From Candidatus Multivoradales bacterium (GTDB lineage Bacteria > Acidobacteriota > Thermoanaerobaculia > Multivoradales > JAHEKO01), in NCBI GenBank assembly GCA_965223855.1, contig CBDCXM010000002.1, positions 1 to 64,000 of the forward strand: a stretch of DNA of 64,000 nucleotides, given 5' to 3'. The translations under genes and the position numbers were made by a program. Numbering within the stretch: position 1 is the stretch's first letter; the number at the start of each line of letters is the position of its first letter. The notes beneath the pieces are model-generated. The model did no database searches. It saw only the letters and a program-made list of their open reading frames with translations, and was not told the DNA's origin. This document shows positions 12,676 to 21,574 of the stretch, in pieces.

Positions 12676-14883
12676 CTACCCGCGAGGTCCGGCCGATTCG
12701 ACTCGAGGCTCTTCTTCGGTTGAACCCGGGGGTGCGAGGTGACGGTCGAAGAACTCCGTCATCCGCTCGTAGAAGTGCCTCGAGTCGTCACCGCGGAAGC
12801 CGTGCTTCTGGCCGGGGTGGATCGCCTGCTCGAACGGCCTGCCGGCGGCGATCAGGGCGGCGGACATGGCGAAGGTGTTGTGGGGATGAACGTTGTCGTC
12901 GGCGGTGCCGTGGACGATCAGAAGGGCGTCCTCGAGGTCGGCGGCCGCATCGACGGCTGACGAGCTGTCGTATCCGTCCGGGTTCGATTGCGGCGTGTCC
13001 ATGTAGCGCTCGGTCCAGATCGCGTCGTAGTAGTGCCAGTCGGAGACCGGCGCCCCGGCGACGCCGGCCGCCCAGGTGCCGGGAGCGTGCGTCAGGGCGT
13101 AGAGGGTGTTGTAGCCGCCCCCCGACCATCCCCACAGGCCGATCCTTTCGGCGTCGACCCATGGCAGGCTCCTCAGGTAGTCCACTCCGGCCACCTGCGC
13201 GGCCACGTTGCCGGGGCCGAACGAGCGATGGGCGCGGTCTTCGCCGTGCTTGCCGAAGAAGGTCGAGCCGAGGTTGTCGACCATCAGCACCGCGTAGCCG
13301 CGCTCGGCCATCATCTTGTGCCACAGGCCGCGGCCGCGACTGCCCCATGCGTTTCGCACCACCTGGGAGGCGGGGCAGCCGTAGTGGTACATCACGACCG
13401 GGTAGCGCCGTGTCGGATCCAGGTCTCTCGGCTCGAGCAACGCCGCCGGCAGACGAGTGCCGTCGGGGCCCGGAATCGTCAGGAACCGCCAGGAGGGGAG
13501 CCCGGCGGCGTCGAACTCCGGGGGCGCGGTCGACGGCAGCTCGGCGACGACCTCTCCTTCGAGGTCGCGGATCGCGACTCGTCGCGGCGTGTCGATGTCG
13601 CTCCAGGTGTGCACCCACAGCCCGCCGTCGCCACCCCGCGCCGTGTGGGTGCCGCTCGGCTCGGTCAGCCGAACCGGGAGGGATCCGTCGAGGGCCTGGC
13701 GGTAGACGTGTCGGTCGACAGCCCCGAGCTCGCCGGTGTCGAAGGCATCGAAGAGCACGGTGCCCCGCTCCTCGGAGAAGGCGCGGACCGCGCCGACCGA
13801 CAGCCCTTCGGGCGTCAGACGAAGTCGCTCGCTGCCGTCGGAGCCGTACAGATAGAGGGCGCGGAAGCCGCTCTTCTCGGAGCTCCACAGGAAACCGCCG
13901 TCCGCCAGCCAGCGGAAGTCGTCGTGCAGGTTGATCCAGGTCGGCCACTCCTCGCTCATCCAGGGGGTACATCCTCCCGTCGCCGGGTCGCACCGAAGGA
14001 GGTCGAGTCGCGTCTGCTCGCGGTTGAGCTGTTGGACGACGACGGCGTCTCCCGCCGGCGTCCATTCCACGCGTGCGAAGTAATGGTCCTCGGGAGCTGC
14101 GAGGGCGAGCCAGCGGGTCGCTCCGCTCGCGAGATCGAGCACCCCGACCGACACGATCGGCAACGGATCACCCGCCTTGGGGTAGCGCTGGTCGGTGACC
14201 GTTGGAGCCGGGTCGGAGTAGTCGACCATCGGGTAGGTCGGCACCGGCGTCTCGTCGAAGCGGTAGTAGGCGATCCGGGTGCCGTCGGGCGACCACCAGA
14301 AACCGGTCGAATCGCGCCCCCAGAGCTCTTCCCAGTAGACCCAGTCGGTCTTGCCGTGAAGGATCGTGCCGTCTCCGCCGCCGTGGGTGAGCCGGCGCTC
14401 GACGCCGCTCGCGAGATCGACGACGTGGAGATCGTCGTCGCGGACGAACGCGACCCGGCTGCCGTCCGGGGAGAACTTGGGGTCTTCGACGTCGCCCATC
14501 TCCGTCAGGTCGGTCGGAGAGGCCTCCTCCTCCATGACTCGCGCCAGGTATCGCCAACCTTCTTCCAACTCGACGAGGAGCGAGCGGCCGTCGGGCGACC
14601 AGCGATGCTCGGACACCTCGAGGCCGGCCAGCGCCGGTGGGGTCCGGGCCTCGCCGCTGCCGGCGTCCCACACGGTGAACGCCTCGCCGTCGCCGCCGTC
14701 CCAGGTGTAGCTGAGTTGAGAACCGTCCTCGGACCAGGTGAGCTGACCGGGCACGGAACCGCCCGCGCCGTCGGCGAACAGGACGTCGAAGGTGAGCTCG
14801 GAGGGCTGTGCTGCGAGCTGTGCCGGCAGCGCGACGGCGAGGCTGCACAGGAGGGCGAACCGGAAGGCTACGGGGACTCTCAT
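12676..14883 (-). CDS. S9B dipeptidyl peptidase IV family protein
   Basis: Signal peptide, DPPIV_N propeller (DWVYWEE, YPKAG), GWSGGG nucleophile, HGTADDNVH, C-terminal His. Confidence 0.92.
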   Translation of the reverse strand: MRVPVAFRFALLCSLAVALPAQLAAQPSELTFDVLFADGAGGSVPGQLTWSEDGSQLSYTWDGGDGEAFTVWDAGSGEARTPPALAGLEVSEHRWSPDGRSLLVELEEGWRYLARVMEEEASPTDLTEMGDVEDPKFSPDGSRVAFVRDDDLHVVDLASGVERRLTHGGGDGTILHGKTDWVYWEELWGRDSTGFWWSPDGTRIAYYRFDETPVPTYPMVDYSDPAPTVTDQRYPKAGDPLPIVSVGVLDLASGATRWLALAAPEDHYFARVEWTPAGDAVVVQQLNREQTRLDLLRCDPATGGCTPWMSEEWPTWINLHDDFRWLADGGFLWSSEKSGFRALYLYGSDGSERLRLTPEGLSVGAVRAFSEERGTVLFDAFDTGELGAVDRHVYRQALDGSLPVRLTEPSGTHTARGGDGGLWVHTWSDIDTPRRVAIRDLEGEVVAELPSTAPPEFDAAGLPSWRFLTIPGPDGTRLPAALLEPRDLDPTRRYPVVMYHYGCPASQVVRNAWGSRGRGLWHKMMAERGYAVLMVDNLGSTFFGKHGEDRAHRSFGPGNVAAQVAGVDYLRSLPWVDAERIGLWGWSGGGYNTLYALTHAPGTWAAGVAGAPVSDWHYYDAIWTERYMDTPQSNPDGYDSSSAVDAAADLEDALLIVHGTADDNVHPHNTFAMSAALIAAGRPFEQAIHPGQKHGFRGDDSRHFYERMTEFFDRHLAPPGSTEEEPRVESAGPRG

Positions 14884-14908
14884 GGGCGCATGCTAGCTCG
14901 ATCGCCTG

Positions 14909-16285
14909 TCACGGATCGCTCTCGTCCGGAGCGTAGCGTGAGACGTCCAGCCACGAGGCGACGGCGGAAGGCTCGAGCCGGATGACCTCGAACAGCGAGG
15001 CGATCAACTCGTCGCTCTCGCCGGCGCGGTTGGGTGTGAGGTACTCCCAGACGATCTCGCCGGTCGTCGTGACTTCGAACGCCCGTCCGTAGTCGGTTTC
15101 GGTGATCAGAGTGTTGCCGTTGGCGAGCCGCTGCGCGGCGCCGCAGGTGCGCGAATAGAAGCCGCCGTCGGGTTGCTCGTAGCTCCAATGGACCTGCTGG
15201 GTGTTCGGGTCGATCTCGAGGACCCTCGAGGTCTCCTCGGGCCCCGGGTTGTTGTCGAAGACGAGCATCCGCCCGTCGTCGAGGATCTTCGGGTCGTGCT
15301 GCCTGGCGGTCAGCCCGGTGAGCGCCCAGACGATCGCCTCGCGCTCGACGTCGAGCACGGCGATGGTGTGGATCCGGTGCATCGACAACAGCACGTTGCC
15401 CTTCCGGAACGCCGGGAGCGTGGTGCCGAGGCGACCGTCCAGCACTTCGAGGGTGTTGTTGTGAAGCAGATCGCCGTGCGGCGGCATCAGCACCTCGAGT
15501 CGCCGGAAGTCGGACCGCCGGATCGCGTCGAGAATCGGGATCTCGCGCAGCAGCTCGCCGTCCGGGGAGAGGACGGTCACCGCGTCGAGCAGGACCGGCT
15601 TCGTCTCGTGGACCCTCGGGTCGAGCGCCACCTCGCGTGTCAGGACGAAGAGCCGGCCGTCGGGTTGGATCTCGAGGTCGTGATGGGCGCGCGGGTACTT
15701 CCAGAGGAGCTTCGAGCCCCGATCGATCTTGATGACCCCCTGCCCCTCGTAGATCGCGAACAGGCTGCCGTCCCCGGCGAGCGCCACCCGCCGCCACATG
15801 TGAACCTCCGGCTTCGTGATCGAGCGCTCGCTGCGGTCGATCTCGCCGAAAGCGCGCTCGAACGGATAGCGCCAGGTGTGGAGGACGGTACCCGCCATGT
15901 CGATCAGCCGCGCCTCGGGAGCGTGTCCGTCGACGACGAGGTTGAGGCCGTCCCAGGCGCGCTTCGGATCCCACGCCGTGACGCCGACGAGTTCGGGAGC
16001 CTCGTTCGATCCGGCCAGATAGCCGAGGTTGCGCAGTTCTTCGGCGGCGGCTTCGAAGTCGAAGGCGCCCTCCTCGCTTCCGTCGCGTCGGGCTGATCGG
16101 AAGCGACCTCGCTGCCGTTGGCCTCGCGGATCGCTGACGGGAGCGCCGCCCCGACCAATCTCCGGGTTTGAACTGTCCCCGGTCGGACGGTGCCCGGGGC
16201 TCCTGGGAGAGTCGCGGGCGAAGAGCCCGAGTACGAAGGCGGCCGCGCCGACAGCGGTGAGAAGAACGAGAAAGCGGAGTTTCAT
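14909..16285 (-). CDS. Arylsulfotransferase (ASST-like) beta-propeller protein
   Basis: N-terminal anchor, AHHD, DLLHNN, QHDP, VFDN and GAAQRLANGNTLITE motifs. Confidence 0.75.
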   Translation of the reverse strand: MKLRFLVLLTAVGAAAFVLGLFARDSPRSPGHRPTGDSSNPEIGRGGAPVSDPRGQRQRGRFRSARRDGSEEGAFDFEAAAEELRNLGYLAGSNEAPELVGVTAWDPKRAWDGLNLVVDGHAPEARLIDMAGTVLHTWRYPFERAFGEIDRSERSITKPEVHMWRRVALAGDGSLFAIYEGQGVIKIDRGSKLLWKYPRAHHDLEIQPDGRLFVLTREVALDPRVHETKPVLLDAVTVLSPDGELLREIPILDAIRRSDFRRLEVLMPPHGDLLHNNTLEVLDGRLGTTLPAFRKGNVLLSMHRIHTIAVLDVEREAIVWALTGLTARQHDPKILDDGRMLVFDNNPGPEETSRVLEIDPNTQQVHWSYEQPDGGFYSRTCGAAQRLANGNTLITETDYGRAFEVTTTGEIVWEYLTPNRAGESDELIASLFEVIRLEPSAVASWLDVSRYAPDESDP

Positions 16286-16507
16286 CGGCCGATTCCTCTC
16301 CGCTTCGAGGGGGCGTCGTCATCCCTCGAGCGGGGGCGGGGTCCGGGCCTTCGGCGATCGTCTCTCACGGAGCTGGGTTGGTCGTTCGGCGGCCGATAGG
16401 AGGTCCGACCGGCAGCAGGTCTCGGCTACGGCTGCGAGGCGTCAATCCTAGCCGCCATCGCGGCAGGTGCTCATGGGGGCTCGGCGGCTCGGGATTTCGA
16501 TCGGACC

Positions 16508-16536
16508 GGTTTCGGTTTCCCGGTGAAGTGTGTCTA
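16508..16536 (+). promoter_or_regulatory. Putative ECF-type autoregulatory promoter
   Basis: GGTTTC-N17-TGTCTA ending 8 nt before the ECF sigma ATG at 16545. Confidence 0.4.
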
Positions 16537-16544
16537 ACTGGTAC

Positions 16545-17141
16545 ATGGAGAGCGCAACCGCCTTGCCGTCCCCAACGACAGACGCCCCAGCGGCCATGAG
16601 CCCCGATCGTGCCGAAGCTCTCTGGCCGCGGGCGGCGCAGGGCGACCGAAACGCCGCAGAAGAGCTGGCAGCGTGCACCTACCGGCTCGTCTACGCCTCC
16701 CTCGTCAAATTGAGCGGGGATCCGGACCTCGCCACCGACCTGACGCAGGAGACCTATCGCAAGGCCTGGGCCGCCCTACCGGACTTCCGCGGCAGGAGCG
16801 CCTTCGCGAGCTGGCTCTACCGGATCGCCTACACGACCTATCTCAACCATGTCCGGCGGCCGCAGCGGATGACGCCGCTCGACGAGAGGCAGGCGGAGCG
16901 ACTCTCCGATCCGCACGAACCCCCCGAAGACACGCTACGCCGCCGCGAGGAGGAAGCCGCCGTGCGCCGTGCCCTCACCACGCTGCCGGAGGAACTCGCC
17001 TTCGCCGTCACCGCCCGTTACTGGGGCGAGGTGCCGGTGCGCGAGATCGCCCGGGTACAGGACGTGAGCGAGGTGGCGGTGCGCAAGCGCCTGAAGAAGG
17101 CGCTCGGATTGCTCACCGTGGCGCTGGAGGATCAGAGATGA
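16545..17141 (+). CDS. ECF RNA polymerase sigma factor
   Basis: DLTQETYRKAW and FASWLYRIAY (region 2), plus HTH region 4 (VREIARVQDVSEVAVRKRL). Confidence 0.93.
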   Translation: MESATALPSPTTDAPAAMSPDRAEALWPRAAQGDRNAAEELAACTYRLVYASLVKLSGDPDLATDLTQETYRKAWAALPDFRGRSAFASWLYRIAYTTYLNHVRRPQRMTPLDERQAERLSDPHEPPEDTLRRREEEAAVRRALTTLPEELAFAVTARYWGEVPVREIARVQDVSEVAVRKRLKKALGLLTVALEDQR

Positions 17142-19582
17142 CCCGTATGGAAGACAACGTGCCGGACGAGCGCCGGACACAGGAGATGGAAGAGCGGCTC
17201 GAGCGCTTCACTGCGCCGGAGCCACCGGAAGGGCTGCTGGAGGCGATCCGGCAGGAAATCGACGATCACCTGCCGGAGCCCGTGAACGAGAATGGCGACG
17301 GTGGTGGTTTCCGCCATTGGAGACTGCTGGCGGCGTCGCTGGCGATCGCCGCCGTGGGAGCGTCGATCGCCTACCGGGTGAAGGTCGAGGGGCCGGCGTT
17401 GGACCAGCCGGCGGTCCCGGAGGCCGAGCTGGGAGCTGCGACGGTGCCGGAAGCGAGCGGGCAGGGTGAGAGGACGTCAGGTGAGAGGGAGTCGGGTGCT
17501 GCGACGTCCGTCGAGCTCGGCGATCCGTCTCAGGGCCGCGAGGTTTCTCTTCCGGGTAGGGAAGAGGCGAAGCCGCCGGAACCGGTGGTCTCGGATCACC
17601 AACTCAGGTCCGAGCTCCAGAGTCTCGGCTATCTCTCTCCGGACCCCCCTCCTTCGGCTGCGGCTCAGGTTGCCCCGGCCCCGCAGGAAGAGGCTGCGCG
17701 CGGCTCGCTCGAGATGAGGGTGCGCTCGCAGGACGGCTCGCCGCTGCCGGGAGCGACGGTAGTCCTCGACGCCGACGGCGAAACCCGTGTCGAGGTCTCC
17801 GATGCCGAGGGCAGGGTCGAGTTCGATGACGTACAGGCGGGTGAGCACAGCGTCTCGGCCGAACTCGGAGGCATGTCGAAGGTCGAGTACCCGAAGGTCA
17901 AGGTGGCCGAGGAACGCAAGACGAGGCTCGACGCGTCGATGCCTCCGGAGGTCGAGGAGACGATCACGGTGACTTCGGAGAGTCCGTTGCTTGACGAGAG
18001 GAACTCCTCGACCGTGGAGCCGCCCAAGCCCAAGCGAGTCGCACCGCTCACGGCGAACGACGGCATTGCTCGCAGGCTGCGCGAGGAGCCGTCGGCGGAT
18101 CTGGTCGCACCGCCGGTAGCACACATGGTTGCTCCCTCCACCGGCGGCACCGCCGAGCCCAACGAACAGCCCTACGGCGACATGTTCTTCGAGGGCTACG
18201 GCACCAACCCGTTCATCGATACCGAGGACGACGCGCTTTCGACCTTCGCTCTCGACGTCGACACCGGCTCCTACACCGTCGCCCGCAGCTATCTCGAGCG
18301 CGGTGAGCTGCCGCCTGCCGATGCGATCCGGGTCGAGGAGTTCGTCAACTACTTCGACTACGGCGACCCGGCGCCGGCGCGGCGCGATTTCGCCGCGGTC
18401 GTCGAGGGTGCGCCGTCTCCGTTCGCCTCGACCGCTCGCACCTGGCTGCTGCGCTTCGCTCTCAAGGGACGTGAGATTGACGTCTCGCGGCGCGCGCCGG
18501 CGGTGCTGACGTTCGTCGTCGACGTTTCTGGCTCGATGAACCGCGAGAACCGACTCGGACTCGTCAAGCGGGCGTTGCGGCTGCTGGTCGGTCAGCTCGA
18601 TCGTGGTGACGCCGTCGGACTGGTAGTCTACGGCAGCAGCGGGCAGGTGCTGCTGTCGCCGACCAACCACCACGAGCGGGTGCTGGCAGCGATCGACCGC
18701 CTCGTGCCGACCGGTGCCACCAACGCTGAGGAGGGGCTGGTGCTCGGCTACCGGGAGGCGCGGCGCGCCTTCGTGCCGGGGGCGATCAACCGCGTGATTC
18801 TGTGCTCGGACGGAGTCGCCAACGTCGGCGCCACCGGGCCGGACTCGATCCTCGAGCGGATCGGCCGCGAGGCGGATGAGGGGATCGAGCTCACCACGGT
18901 CGGTTTCGGCATGGGCAACTACAACGACGTGCTGATGGAGCAGCTCGCCGACAGAGGCGACGGCAACTACGCCTACGTCGACGATCTCGACGAGGCGCGC
19001 CGGGTGTTCGTCGAGAACCTCACCGGCACGCTCCAGACGATCGCCGGCGACGCCAAGGTGCAGGTCGAGTTCGAGCCGGGGATGGTGCAGAGCTACCGGC
19101 TGCTCGGCTACGAGAACCGCGACGTCGCCGATCGCGACTTCCGCAACGACGCCGTCGACGCGGGCGAGATCGGCGCCGGGCATCAGGTGACGGCGCTCTA
19201 CGAGGTCAAGCTGCGAGACGACGCGCCTCGTCGCGGCCGGCTGGCGACGATGCGGCTTCGCTACCGGTCGAAGGCGACCGGCAGCGTGGTCGAGGACTCG
19301 GTGGAGCTGGGTCGCGACGATCTGGTGCGACGGCCCGCCGCGGCTTCCGGAGGTTGGCGGCTCGCAGCAGTCGTCGCCGAGTTCGCCGAGGTGCTGCGCG
19401 GTTCCTACTGGGCTCGCGAGAGCGATCTCGGGTTGCTGGCGGCGACGGCGCGTGAGCTGAGTGCCGCCTCCGGGAGTCCGGAGACGCGTGAGTTGGCACG
19501 GTTGATCGAAACCGCTTCCCGGCTGCGCGCCGGTCGGCTGCGCGACGGCGGCGGGGGCGGAGCACCCGGGATCGAGCGCTGA
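17138..19582 (+). CDS. YfbK-like vWA protein with N-terminal anti-sigma-like segment, TM helix, carboxypeptidase-regulatory-like domain, vWF_A, VWA and DUF3520-like domains
   Basis: ATGA overlap with the sigma gene; STFALDVDTGSY, RVEEFVNYF, DVSGSM (MIDAS), SDGVANVG, GYENR and DAGEIGAGHQVTALYE motifs. Confidence 0.88.
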   Translation: MTRMEDNVPDERRTQEMEERLERFTAPEPPEGLLEAIRQEIDDHLPEPVNENGDGGGFRHWRLLAASLAIAAVGASIAYRVKVEGPALDQPAVPEAELGAATVPEASGQGERTSGERESGAATSVELGDPSQGREVSLPGREEAKPPEPVVSDHQLRSELQSLGYLSPDPPPSAAAQVAPAPQEEAARGSLEMRVRSQDGSPLPGATVVLDADGETRVEVSDAEGRVEFDDVQAGEHSVSAELGGMSKVEYPKVKVAEERKTRLDASMPPEVEETITVTSESPLLDERNSSTVEPPKPKRVAPLTANDGIARRLREEPSADLVAPPVAHMVAPSTGGTAEPNEQPYGDMFFEGYGTNPFIDTEDDALSTFALDVDTGSYTVARSYLERGELPPADAIRVEEFVNYFDYGDPAPARRDFAAVVEGAPSPFASTARTWLLRFALKGREIDVSRRAPAVLTFVVDVSGSMNRENRLGLVKRALRLLVGQLDRGDAVGLVVYGSSGQVLLSPTNHHERVLAAIDRLVPTGATNAEEGLVLGYREARRAFVPGAINRVILCSDGVANVGATGPDSILERIGREADEGIELTTVGFGMGNYNDVLMEQLADRGDGNYAYVDDLDEARRVFVENLTGTLQTIAGDAKVQVEFEPGMVQSYRLLGYENRDVADRDFRNDAVDAGEIGAGHQVTALYEVKLRDDAPRRGRLATMRLRYRSKATGSVVEDSVELGRDDLVRRPAAASGGWRLAAVVAEFAEVLRGSYWARESDLGLLAATARELSAASGSPETRELARLIETASRLRAGRLRDGGGGGAPGIER

Positions 19583-19610
19583 CCCGAGCGGGTCAAAGGA
19601 CGATCCCGCA

Positions 19611-19639
19611 GCCGGTCCTTCCCCTCGGGGAGGACCGGC
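19611..19639 (+). terminator. Stem-loop, probable intrinsic terminator of the sigma-vWA operon
   Basis: GCCGGTCCT/AGGACCGGC 9-bp stem extended by CCC/GGG, followed only by GTTCT (weak U tract). Confidence 0.55.
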
Positions 19640-19647
19640 GTTCTCCG

Positions 19648-19656
19648 TGCTAGCCT
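19648..19656 (+). promoter_or_regulatory. Extended -10 promoter element (TGnTAGCCT)
   Basis: TG-C-TAGCCT; the same hexamer occurs in the TTGACA-N17-TAGCCT promoter at 48102-48130. Confidence 0.5.
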
Positions 19657-19661
19657 GAACC

Positions 19662-19838
19662 TCTCGCGCCGGTGTGTCCTGGCAGGCCGCAGGTTGCTCG
19701 AGATACGAGGCTTCCGGTCGCGAGGACCGGAGAGATAGCCGCAGCTACGTCGAGGAGCGCAGTGGCCGGAAAACGCAGTAGATTCAGTGACATACGGCCG
19801 TCCTGGTGCAGTTGAACGAACCGTGCAGCGGTGTGAGA
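19662..19838 (+). ncRNA. Candidate rod-shaped structured RNA (6S RNA-like architecture)
   Basis: Hand folding: 19662-19677 pairs with 19823-19838; 19685-19698 pairs with 19786-19799; 13/14-nt central bubble; 19712-19721 pairs with 19762-19771; many G-U pairs favour the + strand. Confidence 0.45.
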
Positions 19839-19864
19839 AGCTCAGGCTGACCTGCCCGCGGGCC

Positions 19865-21292
19865 ATGCGGGCGGCTTTCAGCGGCGGGGTCCTGGCCGTC
19901 GCGCTCCCGCTCCTTGCGGCGGGGGAGCCCGCCGCGACCGGCGACGCTTCGATCCGCCTCCTCGAGCCGCCGATCGGCCTCCAGACGGGATCGCTCCGGG
20001 TCGGCGCCGTCGTCGAGGGGGCCGGCGTCGCGAGGGTCGAGTTCCTTCTCGACGGCAAGGTGGCGATGAGCAAGCTGCAGCCGCCCTACAGCGTGGTGTT
20101 GCAGCTCGGCGAGGCGCTGCGCCCGCGGAGGGTCACGGCGATCGCGCTCGATCACGAGCGCAACGAGCTGGCGCGGGACTCTCTCGAGATCAATCTCGGG
20201 CCGTTCCGTTTCGCCGTGCGGCTGATCGAGCCACAACCGACGACAACCTACGACGATACGGTACCGGTGCGCGCCGAGGTGACGCTGCCGGTCGGCGACG
20301 AGCTCGAGCGTGTCGACTTCCTGCTCGAAGAGGAGGTGGTCGCCTCGGTCGAGGGGCTCCGTCTGCGCGCCGAGATCGAGCTGCCCGAGTTCCGGCAGTC
20401 CACGTACGTCAGGGCGATCGCCTACCTGAAGGACGGTCGGTCTTCGGAAGATCTGGTGTTCGTCAATTCGCGTCTCGGGACGGAGAATCTGAAGGTCTCC
20501 TTCGTCGAGCTCTACACCACGGTGCTCGATCGCAAGCGCAAGCCGGTCGAGGGGGTGGCGCGCGAGGAGTTCGTCGTCGTCGAGGACGGTCAGCCGGTGA
20601 CGCTGCGTCGTTTCGAGCGGGTACTCGACCGCCAGGTCCATCTCGGCCTGCTGCTCGACACCTCGCTGTCGATGATCGAGGAGCTGCGCGAGACCCGCAA
20701 GGTGGCGGCCGGCTTCCTCGAGCGCCTGCTGCGGCCGCAGGACCGCGCGACGGTGATCGTCTTCTCCGACGAGCCGGAAGTGCGGGTGCCGTTCTCGAAC
20801 GACGCTGCGGCACTCTCCGAGGGGCTCGAGGGTCTCGAGGCTGTCGGGGAGACGACGTTGTGGGACAGCCTCGCCTTCAGCCTCTACTACTTCGGCGGCC
20901 TCAAGGGGAAGCGGGCGATCGTCGTCCTCACAGACGGCCAGGACTCGCGTAGCCACTTCGGCATCAGCGAGGTGATCGAGTACGCCCAGAGACTCGGGGT
21001 CGCCGTCTACCCGATCGCGGTCACCAGCTCAGGATCCTCGATCGATCGCCACGCCAAGGAGAGCGAGCGCCATCTGCGCAAACTGGCCACCGCGACCGGT
21101 GGCAGCGCCTTCTTCATCCAGCGGGCAAGCGGCATCGAGAAAGCCTACGAGCGCATCGAAGCCGAACTGCGGGCGCAGTACCTCCTCGGCTACCAGTCAC
21201 CCAACACCAGACCCGAAGGATTCCGCGAGGTCGAGGTGGAGCTGGTGACGAAGGGCCTTCAGGCAAGGACCATCCCGGGGTACCACCCGTAG
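19865..21292 (+). CDS. Secreted Ig-like + VWA domain protein (acidobacterial VWFA-related family)
   Basis: Signal-like N-terminus, two Ig-like repeats (RVEFLLDG, RVDFLLEE), VELYTTV, DTSLSM MIDAS, TDGQD and ELRAQYLLGY motifs. Confidence 0.85.
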   Translation: MRAAFSGGVLAVALPLLAAGEPAATGDASIRLLEPPIGLQTGSLRVGAVVEGAGVARVEFLLDGKVAMSKLQPPYSVVLQLGEALRPRRVTAIALDHERNELARDSLEINLGPFRFAVRLIEPQPTTTYDDTVPVRAEVTLPVGDELERVDFLLEEEVVASVEGLRLRAEIELPEFRQSTYVRAIAYLKDGRSSEDLVFVNSRLGTENLKVSFVELYTTVLDRKRKPVEGVAREEFVVVEDGQPVTLRRFERVLDRQVHLGLLLDTSLSMIEELRETRKVAAGFLERLLRPQDRATVIVFSDEPEVRVPFSNDAAALSEGLEGLEAVGETTLWDSLAFSLYYFGGLKGKRAIVVLTDGQDSRSHFGISEVIEYAQRLGVAVYPIAVTSSGSSIDRHAKESERHLRKLATATGGSAFFIQRASGIEKAYERIEAELRAQYLLGYQSPNTRPEGFREVEVELVTKGLQARTIPGYHP

Positions 21293-21574
21293 CATGGTTC
21301 CAGGCGAGTAGTTCGAAGAACTCCGGGAGAGATGGCTCAGAGTCCGGAAAGTAGGGCTTTGAAGTCCGCCGGCCTTCTCTGAACCCGTTCTAGAGGTGCG
21401 GCTCCCTGCGCGAGAGGCGGAAGGCACTGGAGAGAGTGGTCCTGGCTTGGGTTTCGGGTCCGACGGCATGCCGCAGCCCATGCCGCGCCTGCCACTCGGG
21501 GGAGACGGCGAGCCTTGGCATCGAGATGCCGGATTCTCGGGGATCCTCGTGGGCGTGCTGCCCGGTGGGTCGGA

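Noticed and set aside
19838-19857. AAGCTCAGGCTGACCTGCC resembles the cobalamin riboswitch B12 box
   Set aside because: The upstream GGGAA, CCCGCAACTGT and GCCACTG core elements are not present, and the downstream gene is unrelated to B12
21325-21400. GGAGAGATGGCTCAG... resembles the 5' end of a tRNA-Ser
   Set aside because: No T-arm (GTTCGAATCC), no acceptor-stem complement and no proper 7-nt anticodon loop
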